Below the pieces are notes generated by a model, which saw only the letters and a list, made by a program, of their open reading frames with translations, searched no databases and was not told where the DNA came from. From assembly GCA_040954595.2 (NCBI GenBank), contig CM082578.2, positions 4,198,831 through 4,262,830 of the forward strand: a stretch of 64,000 nt of DNA, in the 5' to 3' direction. The position numbers and the translations under genes were made by a program. This stretch comes from Balanoglossus misakiensis (taxonomy: Eukaryota > Animalia > Hemichordata). Positions 38,055 through 50,514 of this stretch are shown here, in pieces. The number at the start of each line of letters is the position of its first letter. Within the stretch, counting starts at the first letter, position 1.

Positions 38055-39438
38055 GTATGTCTTTTTTTAAATCTATGTAATGTCAGGCTGAGTTTGCTTG
38101 ACATTTTAGTGATTCTTTAATAAAGAGAAATCATTTTACTTTCCATTCGAGATTTATCCTCATTTGTGTGACTATCTTGTCTCAAGACATTGATAACTAT
38201 GGTATATATTAAAAAAGCTAAATCACAATCCGCTCTCGGTCTTCTCTATTAAATCTCCCAGTTCTTGCCACAGAAGAGGACATCATCATTGCGTTTGCAA
38301 GTGACCCCCCTCCGCCGGATACTCATGAGTTGATTGGAGGTGTATATCTCGAAGCTGTTAACATCACATATTTCAGCACGTATATCAAAGTAGGTGAACG
38401 ATAAAAATGATTTTAAAAATCCCAGCCCGGTACAGATACTCTTCACTTCCTATTTGTTACGGTTCTGTCAATCTTCTCTGTTCTTTTCCTTTATGTCTGC
38501 TGTATTTCCTTAGTTTTGCTTGTCACGGCAAGCATTTACTTTTGTCTCTTATAGGCGTTTATTTAGTGGTGGCGTGAAAAAGTACATAGAAGCTGTAGTC
38601 AGATTGATCTCTCAAAATTTGCAGACAGCTAATCAATTTAAGGAAAATTAAAAAATTTTGACATGAAATTCTGACAATGCTTTGGGAACACTAACGTACA
38701 TCTGTTGAATTTATCTAGCCTATGAGTCGTAGAGCTATCCTTAACGACCCATGAGATGTCACTTTCTTGATATTCTAATAGTTCCATTGAAAAAGTTTAC
38801 TGGTTGGTATACACAAACGTACTAACAATCTGTGGTTGTGGCTGTACGTGAACAAGTTGAACAAAAAAAAAGAGGGTTCACACCTGTTTATTGAGCCTCC
38901 TATTGCAAGAGTATACACACATATCATGGTAATTGGTATGCCCCATGGGTATTGGAATCATCACAAATTCAAAATGTTGTCATTCGAAGGAAGGAGACTG
39001 ACGTCTTTTATTGTGAAAATGTGGCTACTCAAGGAGTTTATATGAAGATTCTGGGCACTAAGTAATCAATGACTTGATTTTAGTCGCATCGGATACAGAA
39101 GCCACACTCTCAGAGTTGGAAATTATCATGAAGTGGAATAATGCTCTAAAGTAATGGGACAAAGTCTCTCTCGCTGCCCTTTTTGCATTAGTTATGTTTG
39201 ATACAAGACACCGTTTATGTTATTCTACAAGTGGATATAAAGTGAATCAATGTTCAACCACACACAACTTCCATCCCACTTGTATGATATGAGACTAAAA
39301 CCTTGCCAAAATTTATTCATTTTGGCTAGATTTATACTCTCATATCCTACAAACGGGATGGAAGTTGTGTGTGGTCGAACGTTGATTCACTATATATCCC
39401 CATATATAATAACGTAAACATTGTCTTGTATCAAACAT

Positions 39439-40762
39439 AATTAAAGCTGCAAGCAGCATTGTCGGGCCCAAGCGCTGATCCAGAATTATATATGCATAGT
39501 ATGAATGAGAAGAAACAGAATGCTCAATCAGGTTTTTTTATCTCATGACATAACAAGGACGTATGTATTTTTGCTGCAGAAATAGAGTAAAGTAGGTCAA
39601 AGGTCACCTGAGGTCACCCACATTTTGGGGAAAATTTTTTGACCCATACTCGTCCATGTCCAACAAAAACCAAAACTCTAGCTCTATTGGTTCGCCTGTA
39701 ATTAGGTATGTGCATATTTAATGAGGTCAACAGGTGTCACAGGTGACCCAAAAATGTGGCATAACATTTTGGTCCCATCCTGCCAAATGCCAAGGCTGTA
39801 TCTGCTCTGGATGCTGAGATATGCGAAAGTAGGTCAAAGGTCACCAGAGGTCATCCAACATTTGGGCAAAAAATTTTGACCCCATACTGGTCCATGTCCA
39901 ACAAACACCAAACCACTAGCTCTATTGGTTCGCCTGTAATTAGCTATGCACATAATTAATGAGGTCAGCAGAGGTCAAAGGGGTAATGAAAAGTAGCAAA
40001 ATATTTTGATCACACACTAATCCACATGCATCAAAAACCAAACGTCTAGCCCTATAGGTTAGCCTGGAATTAGATATGCTAAAATAATAACGCGTGATAA
40101 GTAGGTCAAAGGTCATGTGAAAAATCTCCAAAAAATTGTAACATATTTTAGTCTCATGACGATTGATATCCATTAAAAGAATTTGTATGCTATCAATTTT
40201 TAGACTAGGAAAAGGAATTTCAATTTTTCACTGCTTTTTACAAAATCCAATATGGCCGCCATAATCTTCGACCAATCACAATGATCTTCGCAAACTTGAT
40301 AGACATCAGTTAGGTGACCACATACCCCAAACCCCGTGTCTCGGTTATCACTGGTTCTGGAGAAGAAGATTTTTGAAATTTAAGCCAGATTTCAGAAAAA
40401 AAATTGTAGCAAAAAAACTGCAACTTTTACAGCATAATTTCCAATTACAAAAATGATGGGCAGAAGGTAGTCTACTTGCACGCCAAATTTGAAGTCGATC
40501 TGACTTGTAGTTTCTGAGATCTGAGATTTGCATTTTTTCAGAAAATCCAATATGGCCGCCAGGTCACGTGACTAATTAAGTATTCACAAGTCACTGCACA
40601 TCTACTCATTGACCTTGACCACTGTAGCAAGTTTGAGCAGTGTACCTGCAGTAGTTTCAGAGATTTAGTTGGCCGGAGAATTGACACAAGAATAAAGAAA
40701 GAAAGAAAAATTCCAACGAAACCAATAGGGCCCAAGCGCTTGCATGCGCTTGGGCCCTAATT
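39439..40762. mobile_element. Single complete family-1 element, reverse orientation, inserted in a MITE
   Basis: AATTAAAGCTGCAAGCAGCATTGTCGGGCCCAAGC ... AGGGCCCAAGCGC..GCGCTTGGGCCCTAATT; the host MITE resumes at 40763. Confidence 0.88.
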
Positions 40763-40915
40763 AATCAAAAAGGGCAGCGAGAGAGGGACTTCGTCCCTTT
40801 ACACACAAAAAGTAATGTCGCACAGGAAATCGTACAACAGTTTAAAATAATATTAATATATGTGACTGTATGAGACTCGGACTAATGAGTATTCTGCACC
40901 TCTCTTTCCAGATAG

Positions 40916-41140
40916 ATATGTTGTTGCACGCAGTTATCATTTCACTCGAAAATTCGGAAACCATGTATGGAAATACCACAGCCTATGTCTTCAATGAGAT
41001 TGTCGACTACACTGATAACTATCGTGGCTACATGTTCTCCCTGGATGTCCACTTTTCTGGGAACCATTCCAGTATGTTCATTCCAGAACACTACTTCTTC
41101 AGGACCGGACTTTACTATTTAACCTTTGGCATTCCGCTGT
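40916..41140 (+). CDS. Pre-GPS beta-rich exon (polycystin-1-like)
   Basis: DMLLHAVII..MFIPEHYFFRTGLYYLTFGIPL T|gtaagt. Tandem acceptors give a start at 40912 (phase 0) or 40916 (phase 1). Confidence 0.8.
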
Positions 41141-41434
41141 GTAAGTTTTAAACTTCCTAAAAATCCAAAACTGTATATAATTTCCTCATGTAGAATTGAT
41201 GAATTATGCGCACTAAGATAGCATGTTCTATGACAAATACTCATGACCTCTGCGCGCCGTCTGTGCCGTACAGAAGTTAATTTTCACGAGTGATGAGGTG
41301 TATAATTTCTGCCGCGGTACTTTCATGAGCGCAGCGAGCGAAAGTACAACAGAATACTCCGCACAACGAAAATTAATATACACACAGATCATTGCAGAAT
41401 AACTATATGTTTAATTCACTTCTTTGTTTTCCAG

Positions 41435-41526
41435 TGCAAAATGTCACGTTCATAATGGCTGCTAAACAAGTAACTTGTGTTTATTCGATGGACAACTCTG
41501 ATATCTGGAACAGTGACGGATGTCGG
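41435..41526 (+). CDS. GPS motif, first half
   Basis: ttttccag|LQNVTFIMAAKQVTCVYSMDNSDIWNSDGCR|gtatga; C-x-Y..W-x-x-x-G-C pattern. Confidence 0.88.
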
Positions 41527-44500
41527 GTATGATTATATAGCCGTCTTTTATGTCCTGCTGTATCGTTTATGTACAACGTATTATTATTATTATATTTTGG
41601 GGGTTTAAAGAGTATAACATAGCGCAAGTGGATATATTCCGTACAATCATCGGGTTATAATTCAGTAATAAAGACACTTTAACGTTGGTGATTAACATCG
41701 AGAAATGTTTGAATTAGCGGCATGTTAAATCAGCAAATTTACGTATCCAAGTTTAGCTATAAAAATTAAAAATAATTAAAGCTGCAAGCAGCGTTGAAGG
41801 GGCCCAAGCATAGAGTGAATAACCATTAGACTCCATTCAGGGTTGTACCATTAAAATGCGTAGGCCGTATGTATTTGCTCTCGATGTTGAGATATGGGGA
41901 AGTAGGCAACCACCCGAAATGCATGTCCTACAAGTACATACACAACAACCAAAGGTGAACTTCTACGTTGTAAGTACTTCAGTAAGTACTTCAAAGGTCA
42001 GCTGAGGGTACCCAAAATTGGGCCAAAAAATTAGGATTCTTATTTGGTTCATATTCAAGACAACGGAAAATCCTCGCCCTCTGGGTTTGTCAAATTAGAT
42101 ATGGCCATAATAATGAGTTACGCAAGTAAGTTACAGGTGGCACCAGGAATTTAGCATTTCATGACGCAGAGGGTCCTACCCTACCCCTCCAAACACCTGG
42201 CTATATATGATGTGCATGCTAACATATGGAAAGCAGGTCAATGGACACCTGAGGTCATTCAAAAATTTGACAGAAAAATTTCATTCCTGTTTATGTCTTG
42301 TGCAACAAATCCTACATTTGCAGCCCTTTCACTTTGCCTACCATTAGGTATGCACGTAATACATGAATCAAGCAGCTGTCACAGGTATCCCCCTGTATTT
42401 GGCATTTCATGATAGTTTCATCCCTCCAAATACCAAAGCTGCACCTGTACAAGGTGCTGAGATATGGCACTGTACGACAGAGGTCATTCAAATCACCTTA
42501 TACGTTTGGGCAAAAACCAACTGACACTTACATTCTTCCCAGTGGAACAAAAACCACACATATCACCCTGTTGGTTAGTGTAAAATTAAATGTACAAAAT
42601 CAATAATGACTTAGGCAGGTGCAACAGGTGACCCCGCCTTTGGTATATCATTATGGTCCCATCCGTATATCCCCCCCCCCCAAGCCAAAGCTGCATGCAT
42701 CTGCTGTGGATGCTCACTAAGCAAAAGTAGGTGAAATGTCACATAAGGTCGCCCACAACTTGACAGGAAAATCGGACTTCATATTGATCCATGTGCAACA
42801 AATACCACACTTACTAGCATCCCTTTCATTGACCCCACAATTACGCATGCACATCATTGAGTTACACAGGTGTCACAGGTGACCCCTGAATCGGGCGTAT
42901 TATTTTGGTCCCATACAGCTGCATGAAGACCTGATAACCCCCACGGCCACCTGCGGGCCGAACCCCATACTGAACGTCCAGTTGCAACGTCACGACTGAA
43001 GTAGGAACTTTTGAATGGCAACGAAGCCTGATCTCTGATTATTGCTGGTACCATACTCCCTCCGTGCAAGAAAATCACTGGTCTGCTTAAGTATTTCGGC
43101 CAATTTCCCGAACTACTATCCAGTACATGTGACTCCCACAACATTAGCAACTGAGGGTCAAAGTCTGCTGCCGCATTACATTGAATGTTAACCAGTGTAG
43201 CCGGGTCTGCGTAGACACATTTGAACGGCAACAGCTAACAAACTCAGCGTAATTCAATAAAACGCCCTAACACAGCCTGAACTCCGATAATGTGTTGTCC
43301 CAAAATTCATTCCGTGGAAAATAATCACTGGTCTGTTTACGTATTTCAGTCGGTTTTCCAAGGACTACTGCAACCCGCCAGAAGTGAGTACATGTACCCT
43401 GCTAATGAGATCTCCACAACATTACGTAATGACGGTCAAAGTCCGATGCCCTAGTGTTCATCCTCAGCCCACCAAAAATGCGAAAAAATATTACAAAAAT
43501 CTTTTTCTCAAAATCGATGTGGACTAGGACCTTGAAATTTGACACAGGGGATTTTGGTCATATGGTATACAAAGTTTGAGAAAAGAATTCAAATGCCGCC
43601 ATTAACATGCAAATTAGGTCAATTTGAAAATTTCGCTCGATTATAGCCACTAAGTCACGTGAGTAATTACAAATTCAAAGGGCAGGTGCACAAGTACTCA
43701 TGGGCCCCAACCAACGTACCAAGTTTCACAGGGGTACGTCCAGGGATTTTTGAGAAAAACGGGAGCAAAAAAACGACTCAAGAAGAAAGAAGAAAAACTC
43801 CAGCAATAACAGAACAGTCCAGGAGATAGGTGCCGTTAATCAGAATTTTTGGTAAGGAAGGTTTGAGAAGTCCATTCTATGTAAAAAATGGTGCTGATTC
43901 CAAAAAAGTCAGTCTTATTGACCCCACTCAAGACAAAATGCCATTTTGGCCCTTTTTAACCCAAAAATGGTCTTTTTTAGAAAACACTAAAAAAAAACAC
44001 TGTTTTCGTCACATTCTGAGATCTGATGACATACGATATGCTTATTCTATGTAAAATTTGGTGAATATTACGAAAAAAGTAGTCCGATTGACCCAAAACA
44101 ACAAAAAATTGCCTTTTTTACCATTTTTTGCCCAAAAAACGTCATTTTTAGAAAAAAATTAAAACACACGGTTTTCTTCATAATGATTGATCTGGTGATA
44201 TATGGAAAGTCAATTCTATGTTAAAAGTGGTGACTTTAAAAAATAAAGCAGTCTTTTTGACCTCAATCAATACAAAAATGCCATTTTTGGCCACTTTTTG
44301 AGGTCAAAAAAGGTCATTTTTACAAAAAAACTAAAAACAAATTGTGTTCGTCATATTCAGAGATCATTGAATATATGAAATGTCCATTCTATGTAAAAAA
44401 TGGTGCTGATTCCAGAAATAGCAGTCTTATTGACCCTACTCAAGAAAAAAATGCCATTTTTGCCACTTTTTGCCCAAAAACGTCATTTTTAGAAAACACT

Positions 44501-46680
44501 CAAAATTTATATATTTTCTTCACTTTCGGAGATCTGATAATGTATTATATGCCCACCCTATGTAAAATTTGGTGATTATTCCAAAAAAGCAGATTTATTG
44601 ACCCAACCTAATGCAAAAATGCCCTTTTGGAAAGTTTTTGCCCAAAAAGGCCATTTTTAGAAAAAAATTTAAAAACAAACTTTTCTTCATAAAGCTTAGA
44701 GATCATGTGATATATGAAATGTTCATCCTGTGTATAAAATGGTGCTGATTCTAGAAATAGCAGTCTTATTGATCCTACTCAAGAAAAAATGCCATTTTTG
44801 CCACTTTTTGCCCCAAAAACGTCATTTTCTGAAAACACTCAAAATTTATATATTTTCTTCACTTTCGGAGATCTGATAATTTATCATACATGCAACGCCT
44901 GTATTTGGCACTTTCTATTGTTCTCGCCCCGAAGATATTTTACGGTATTACACTGAGCGCGATATTTTACGGTATTACACTCTGCGTCTCGAACAATTTT
45001 TGAGAACGCGCGGCACGACAGTTCGCTGCGCGTGCGAGCGACGTATGGGGCATAGGACGCTAGTGGAGAGGGGTGTTGTAAAATTCGGTTATTATGAAGC
45101 TGAAATAACGTTTTCAAAGCTGGCGGTTTTGCCATGTTGAATGAATCATTTTTACTTCTTCGAAATTCTCAATGCGAAATAATTGTTAACATGATATTTT
45201 GAAAGAGAACGTAGACAAGTTTATTTAGAATGCGGATGTGCCCAGCGTAATGAAAGCTGCCAACCCCCTTAAAATTATACTACGGCCCACACGTCATACG
45301 TCACAACATGGCTACTGCCGTGATCCCAGCGCCTGGTTCAAATTTGAAATTGTTTTTATCGGCGCATTTTCGCAAATCGTACTGTTTTATAGGTAGGCAT
45401 GTATGATAAAGGGGTTATTACACTAATTTTGGTCGATAACGTACACTCGTCAAAATACGGACATCACTCAAATACGACGCGTTATCGACCAAAATCCGTG
45501 TAATAACCCCTAAGTATTATATGCCCACTATATGTGAAAAATTTCCAAAAAAGCAGTTTTATTGATGCCACTCAAGATAAAAGTGCCCTTTTGGCAAGTT
45601 TCTGCCCAAAAAGTGTCATTTCTAGAAACCACCCAAAACTTTTATATGTTCTTCACTTTCGGAGATGATGATGTATTATTTACCCACTCTACACTACAGA
45701 CTGAATGTCCTGCACATGGCGCGCTTGCCTGGCGCGCTCAGTGGCTTGCTGCGTGCGCCAGGGGGCTCGGTCCCTCCGGGCCCAGCAGGCCCATGGGCCC
45801 GCAGGGCTTGCTAATTAAATGTGTTTGGTGGGCCCGCATTCGGGCCCACCGGGCCCAGCTAGCCCATGGGCCCGCTGCGCTTGCTGTGTTTGGCGGGCCC
45901 GAATGAACACATGAGAAGTCTGTCAGTCTTAGAATGAGAAGAAGGCATGTTTGAGAATTCTGGAGTTAAGAATTGGGCTAGCATGTCACCCGTCGGAATA
46001 AATTAGACGTTTCGTGTGTGTCTGCACATGGACGTAAAAAGAGATGGTCTGCATGTGTCCGAGATGTAATCAATGTGTCATGGTTTACCACGACAAATTC
46101 TAGCTCAGTCTTCTTGATCGGGCCTAGATTGATCACTGCAACCTAATCATCAAAGTTAGCAAACATGTAAGATCGTTCGCGTTTGCCTGAGGTTCTACCT
46201 CCATTATTCGATCGGACTGTGACTCGATCTCTCTTCGTGATGTGATGTCGTCAATCGACGCCACGTTTGTTTTAATACATGATTGTACAATCACGCGTAG
46301 CTATGGTCTGAAGCAGGGACTCTCTACCTGTTTCATCGCCTGATAAATTAGATGGATATTCTCAAAACAATAGAATGTATATTGTGTTCTGATTGCATTC
46401 TTCGTGTATCAAACTTTTATTTTATTGATTTCCTTTTGTTGTTAGCCACATGCGAGTATAGCCTTGCGAATAAACAGTCGTGTTTACTCGGTAAACAAGT
46501 GGAATCACAGACTTGCCTCAAAAACAAGAGTAGCAGGTGTAGTTCCTTTCCGTCCCACCTCCATGTAACAACATACAATCCGCATCAAACAAGCACTCCT
46601 GAATAACTATGAAATGTCTAGCTTGTGCTCATTCTGTCAAACTATTGCATAGACTCCAGCCATATTCAATGCCAGTTTAA

Positions 46681-47390
46681 GGTGGCACAGCATGAAACCG
46701 TCGAGACTTTTTCAGAGGCCTATTTCTCATCAAAGAAAAAGTTAAAACCCCCATAAACCATATATATTCTGGAAGCTGAGATTTTGAACTTTTGTTTGAG
46801 TTGCAAATATTATTGATCCCCGGAAATGGTGGCGATTTTGGGTGAAAAAACCCATTTTTTGATATTATGTCATGAAATTTAAAATAGGTAAAAAAGTTGA
46901 CCATGCATCATGCATCTTAATATGTCATTCAAACGTTAATTTTGTTTTGCGTTATCTGCTTCCATTGAGGAGTAACAGCGTTTAAAAGTTAGATTTTCAG
47001 AAAATTTGATCAAATTCACGGTGAGTTGTATTGAATCAGAGTTTATTCCCGCCAGGGACACTTTATCGACAAACAAAACTAGCGTTTTGTTGGATGGGTC
47101 ATACACAATTCCCTGTCAAAATTTGAGCAAATTCGGCCAACGCAGGGCGAAGCTATTTTAGTCCGAAGTTGTCAAGAGCAGCGAAAATGCAAACTGAGAA
47201 AAACGGCTATTTGCATTGTTGACACCTATTTGTTAAGCTGTGAACTCATTCAGAAAAGTGCTATTTTGGGGTGATTATGCACCATTTCCGCCAAGACGTA
47301 TTAGTCAGGTTGTGGGTCAGTATTAGGCCTACCGATTTATGTAAAAAAGTAAAATTTGGCAAAAATCACAACTTTTCATGCAATGCCACC
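46681..47390. mobile_element. TTAA-flanked TIR element nested in the CACTA element
   Basis: Reverse-complement copy of 31799-32536. Confidence 0.82.
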
Positions 47391-49509
47391 TTAAGTAGAT
47401 CTTAAACTCACCGTCAGTGAGTTAGATACAGGTGCACACATACATGTATGACAGTATTGTGAAGTAACATTTCTTTTTATTTTAGAACATGTGAAAAATA
47501 ATAGGGACAAGTCACATCAGAGTAGAATAAAAATGTCCTCAAGTACAAATAAACAGCAAAACGGGAAAATGCATCGATGTCGGAACTACTAAAGCCGAGA
47601 ATCAGCTTTGAATTTATTCAGTAATCTAGTGCTTGGGGCGGAAACTTTAATGCAGAACACACTCTCTCGATATGCAAATATAACTTATTGAAACTCGTTG
47701 CCACACAAACAAATGACCAGAAACCATCGACACGGCACAGTCTATATATACATGTACACTGAGAAGCCATAGAGACGTGCATGTTCAAATAGACCTTCTG
47801 AATAATGATCCATCGAGCAACAACAACAAAAAGGAAAAGATCCTTTGTACTTTAAATACGACCGAACTTTGCGAGGATTATCGGTTTGTCAATACGGTAA
47901 CAGGTCGTTTCGGCCCAAAAGATTTTCGATCCCAATCGTTTCGGCCCCCAATTTTCACGACCCCGGTCTGTTCGGCCCCGACACCCCAGTCGTTTCGGTA
48001 CTTATCGGTAATGGCCCAACTAAACTTGGCTCTAGGCCCCCCTGACTCATTGTTGCCTAGTTCAGTAAAGGGGCGATGTCAGTGGGACTGGCAGTGAGGA
48101 TAGACAGTGCATGTTCTCGTTTGTGGTACCGTGTGTTTTGAAATACAGGAGTCGACAAATGTGACGTGTAATAATTTGTACACAATTTTCTTTACCCCAA
48201 TACAAAAATGCCTTTCAGCACAGAAAAACAACAACAAAGCAACGCCATTATCGTTAACACCTAATTGTTTCTCCCAATTTGAAGTGGTCTCTTTCGAAGA
48301 TAAAGGATTCGTCATGAGAGTTACTCATTGTACAAACTGACCACCTGTCAGACATTGTGGATTTTCTGCTTTCTATCCGAGTGCATAGCGGGAAAACCCG
48401 CTGAGGCTATACCGCTGTCAGAAGAAACAGCGAGGGCTTCGAACGTACTTTTATTTTTCACACTTAAATCACTGCTCGTAAATTAATGCATCAAAAGTAA
48501 AAGTTTCCTTTTTCCTTTTAAATTTAAAAGTATATATGGCGTATGTCACGATCAAAATTGCGATTGTGTTTATAACTAGCATAGCTGCAATAATTAGAGT
48601 GATGGGTAGCTATTTTCGCTTGGTTGAATCACGGTCACTCCACAAGGGTCGCGGACGTAGTCAGATTTATGGACGAAAAAGTCAGAACAATCAAGACCGA
48701 GAGTATACTGCGAGCAGTCATACGCATTGATACTCATATGAAATCAACAATGAAGAATAATCTGCATAACAGGAAAAAGAAAGCCTACTGATGACTAGCC
48801 TGCACATTAGTAAATCACAGGTGTGAATGGGGTGGGCCCCGGGAGGTAGCCTTTGGTCAGTAGGATCGTACCGGCTACCCCATAAATGTATTTTTCACTA
48901 ATTTGTGCGATCAAGTTTTTCTCCTCAACATGATCTCCAAAACTATAGGATCTATTGCAGATTCAAAATCATATCCAGGGAATCCACAGATCGCGATTCG
49001 TGTTTTCTTGTGTTTATATTTAGCTGGAATAATTGTAACGGTGCCGTGTCGCTGTTTTTGGTGTAGATGCCCGCACACTTACATGCAATGGACCGCAGTT
49101 ACGTTGCGCGGTCGTGATGTAAATTTAGGAAATAGTGATACACTGCATCTATTAAAGCTTATCTTTGTTTCAGAGTAAAAATCTACCCGCTTTCTCTGTA
49201 CTGTATCTCTCAGCGTCCACGGGTGTTACATGTTTATGCTCGGCCAGCCACGTTCTTCAGGTTGTAATCACCTTTTTGTTCGTCAGTACAATAAAATATG
49301 TGTGAACTCAATGAACAAAAACTTCTGAAGTCAGTACATTTTTGTCTGTGGTTTGTTTTAAAAATACAATTTGATGCGCCGGTCACTAGGATCCTAGGGT
49401 CATAGTTCTGAGTGTCAGGCTCATGAAAACAAGAACAATCTATGACTCAAATATTGTAATTTGCGTCTTACAAAGCACAATAATGTGACTTCATCCATTT
49501 CCCAAACAG

Positions 49510-50514
49510 AGAAACTAAGACAAATCAGTCAGAGTATCGACCACACTGTTGTCTGTGATCGACAACACGTATACGCGCGTCCGTTCACCGCGACAATAAT
49601 GTGTGTAACGATCGTTCAATTCATTCGATCAGGCACTATGATCATGCCCCCGCCGATTCCATCAGCGCCCACCTTGTCACCAACACCACTCCCACCACGC
49701 CCAGCCGCTGATATTACACCACCGTTCCAAACTACACTACAGCCGGCAGTACAGCCGATTCTCACGTCTCCGCAGACAGCGGGGATGATTGAGACTTCTC
49801 CGCCTCCACTATGGTTCCCTCCTATCACCGGGGATGTTCTCATACCAGAATCATATATAGACCGGTGTAAGGTCGTAAGTTGCTCTATAGACAACTTTAC
49901 CAAGAACCTTGTGTTTATGGTTTATTCGCCGAGTGAACGCGCCGGACGTACTTGCACATGGCGTGTGTTTGGGGGTACCAAACAGAAATTGAAGTTAAGT
50001 CCCAGAAGGCTTAAGAAAGTTGAAGGAGCAACTTTCCGAAAATATTTTAGAAATAATGGACGACGCCCTGACCAGAAACGTTTGTTTAAGGGCGAGGGGA
50101 AAGCCAAAAATTCATGGGGGAGGCTTCCGAGCCCATGAATTTTGGCTTTCCTCGAGCCCGCGCCCATAAACAAACGTTTATGGTCAGGGCGGAGTCGGTT
50201 ATTTCCATTATATTACCAACAACATCAAGAAAACCGTCAAAATTTACGAAAATGTCCCACTAGGGGCCCCGGAACTTGTGTTACGCAAAATTTTGTATTC
50301 ACTGAACTGTTTGCTAATATTACTATTCAGATTTACGGGCATGTAAACAAACCATTACTGAGTATTTGTGGTCAGTGACGTCGTTCATCTCGACCAATTA
50401 AAATGCGACGCACAGGCCATGGTAATATAATCCCACGATTTCCCGCGATCCGCCGAGCGCGACGTGTGGTCAAAACAGTGCATCAAGGCAATCGATAAAG
50501 CTCTCCGCCGTTGA
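49510..50514 (+). pseudogene. Pro-rich + BEN-domain gene remnant inside a CACTA element, split by an insertion
   Basis: SCSIDNFTKNLVFMVYSPSERAGRTC..KLSPRRLKKV..FRKY (to 50045) resumes at 50431 as ..ERDVWSKQCIKAIDKALRR*. BEN pattern recognised by eye. Confidence 0.75.
50046..50430. mobile_element. Palindrome-headed repeat interrupting the BEN domain
   Basis: Hairpin ~50050-50207; tail CCAAT..GGTAATATAA; the coding pattern resumes after it. Confidence 0.75.

Noticed and set aside
39084-39150. Possible extra GAIN exon (VASDTEATLSELEIIMKWNNAL)
   Set aside because: The acceptor is plausible but the apparent donor phase does not fit the next exon. Unresolved without transcripts.
50046-50378. C-terminal part of ORF 49461-50138 and ORF 50142-50378 as genuine protein
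   Set aside because: They are read-through into the inserted palindromic repeat; the real domain continues at 50431.
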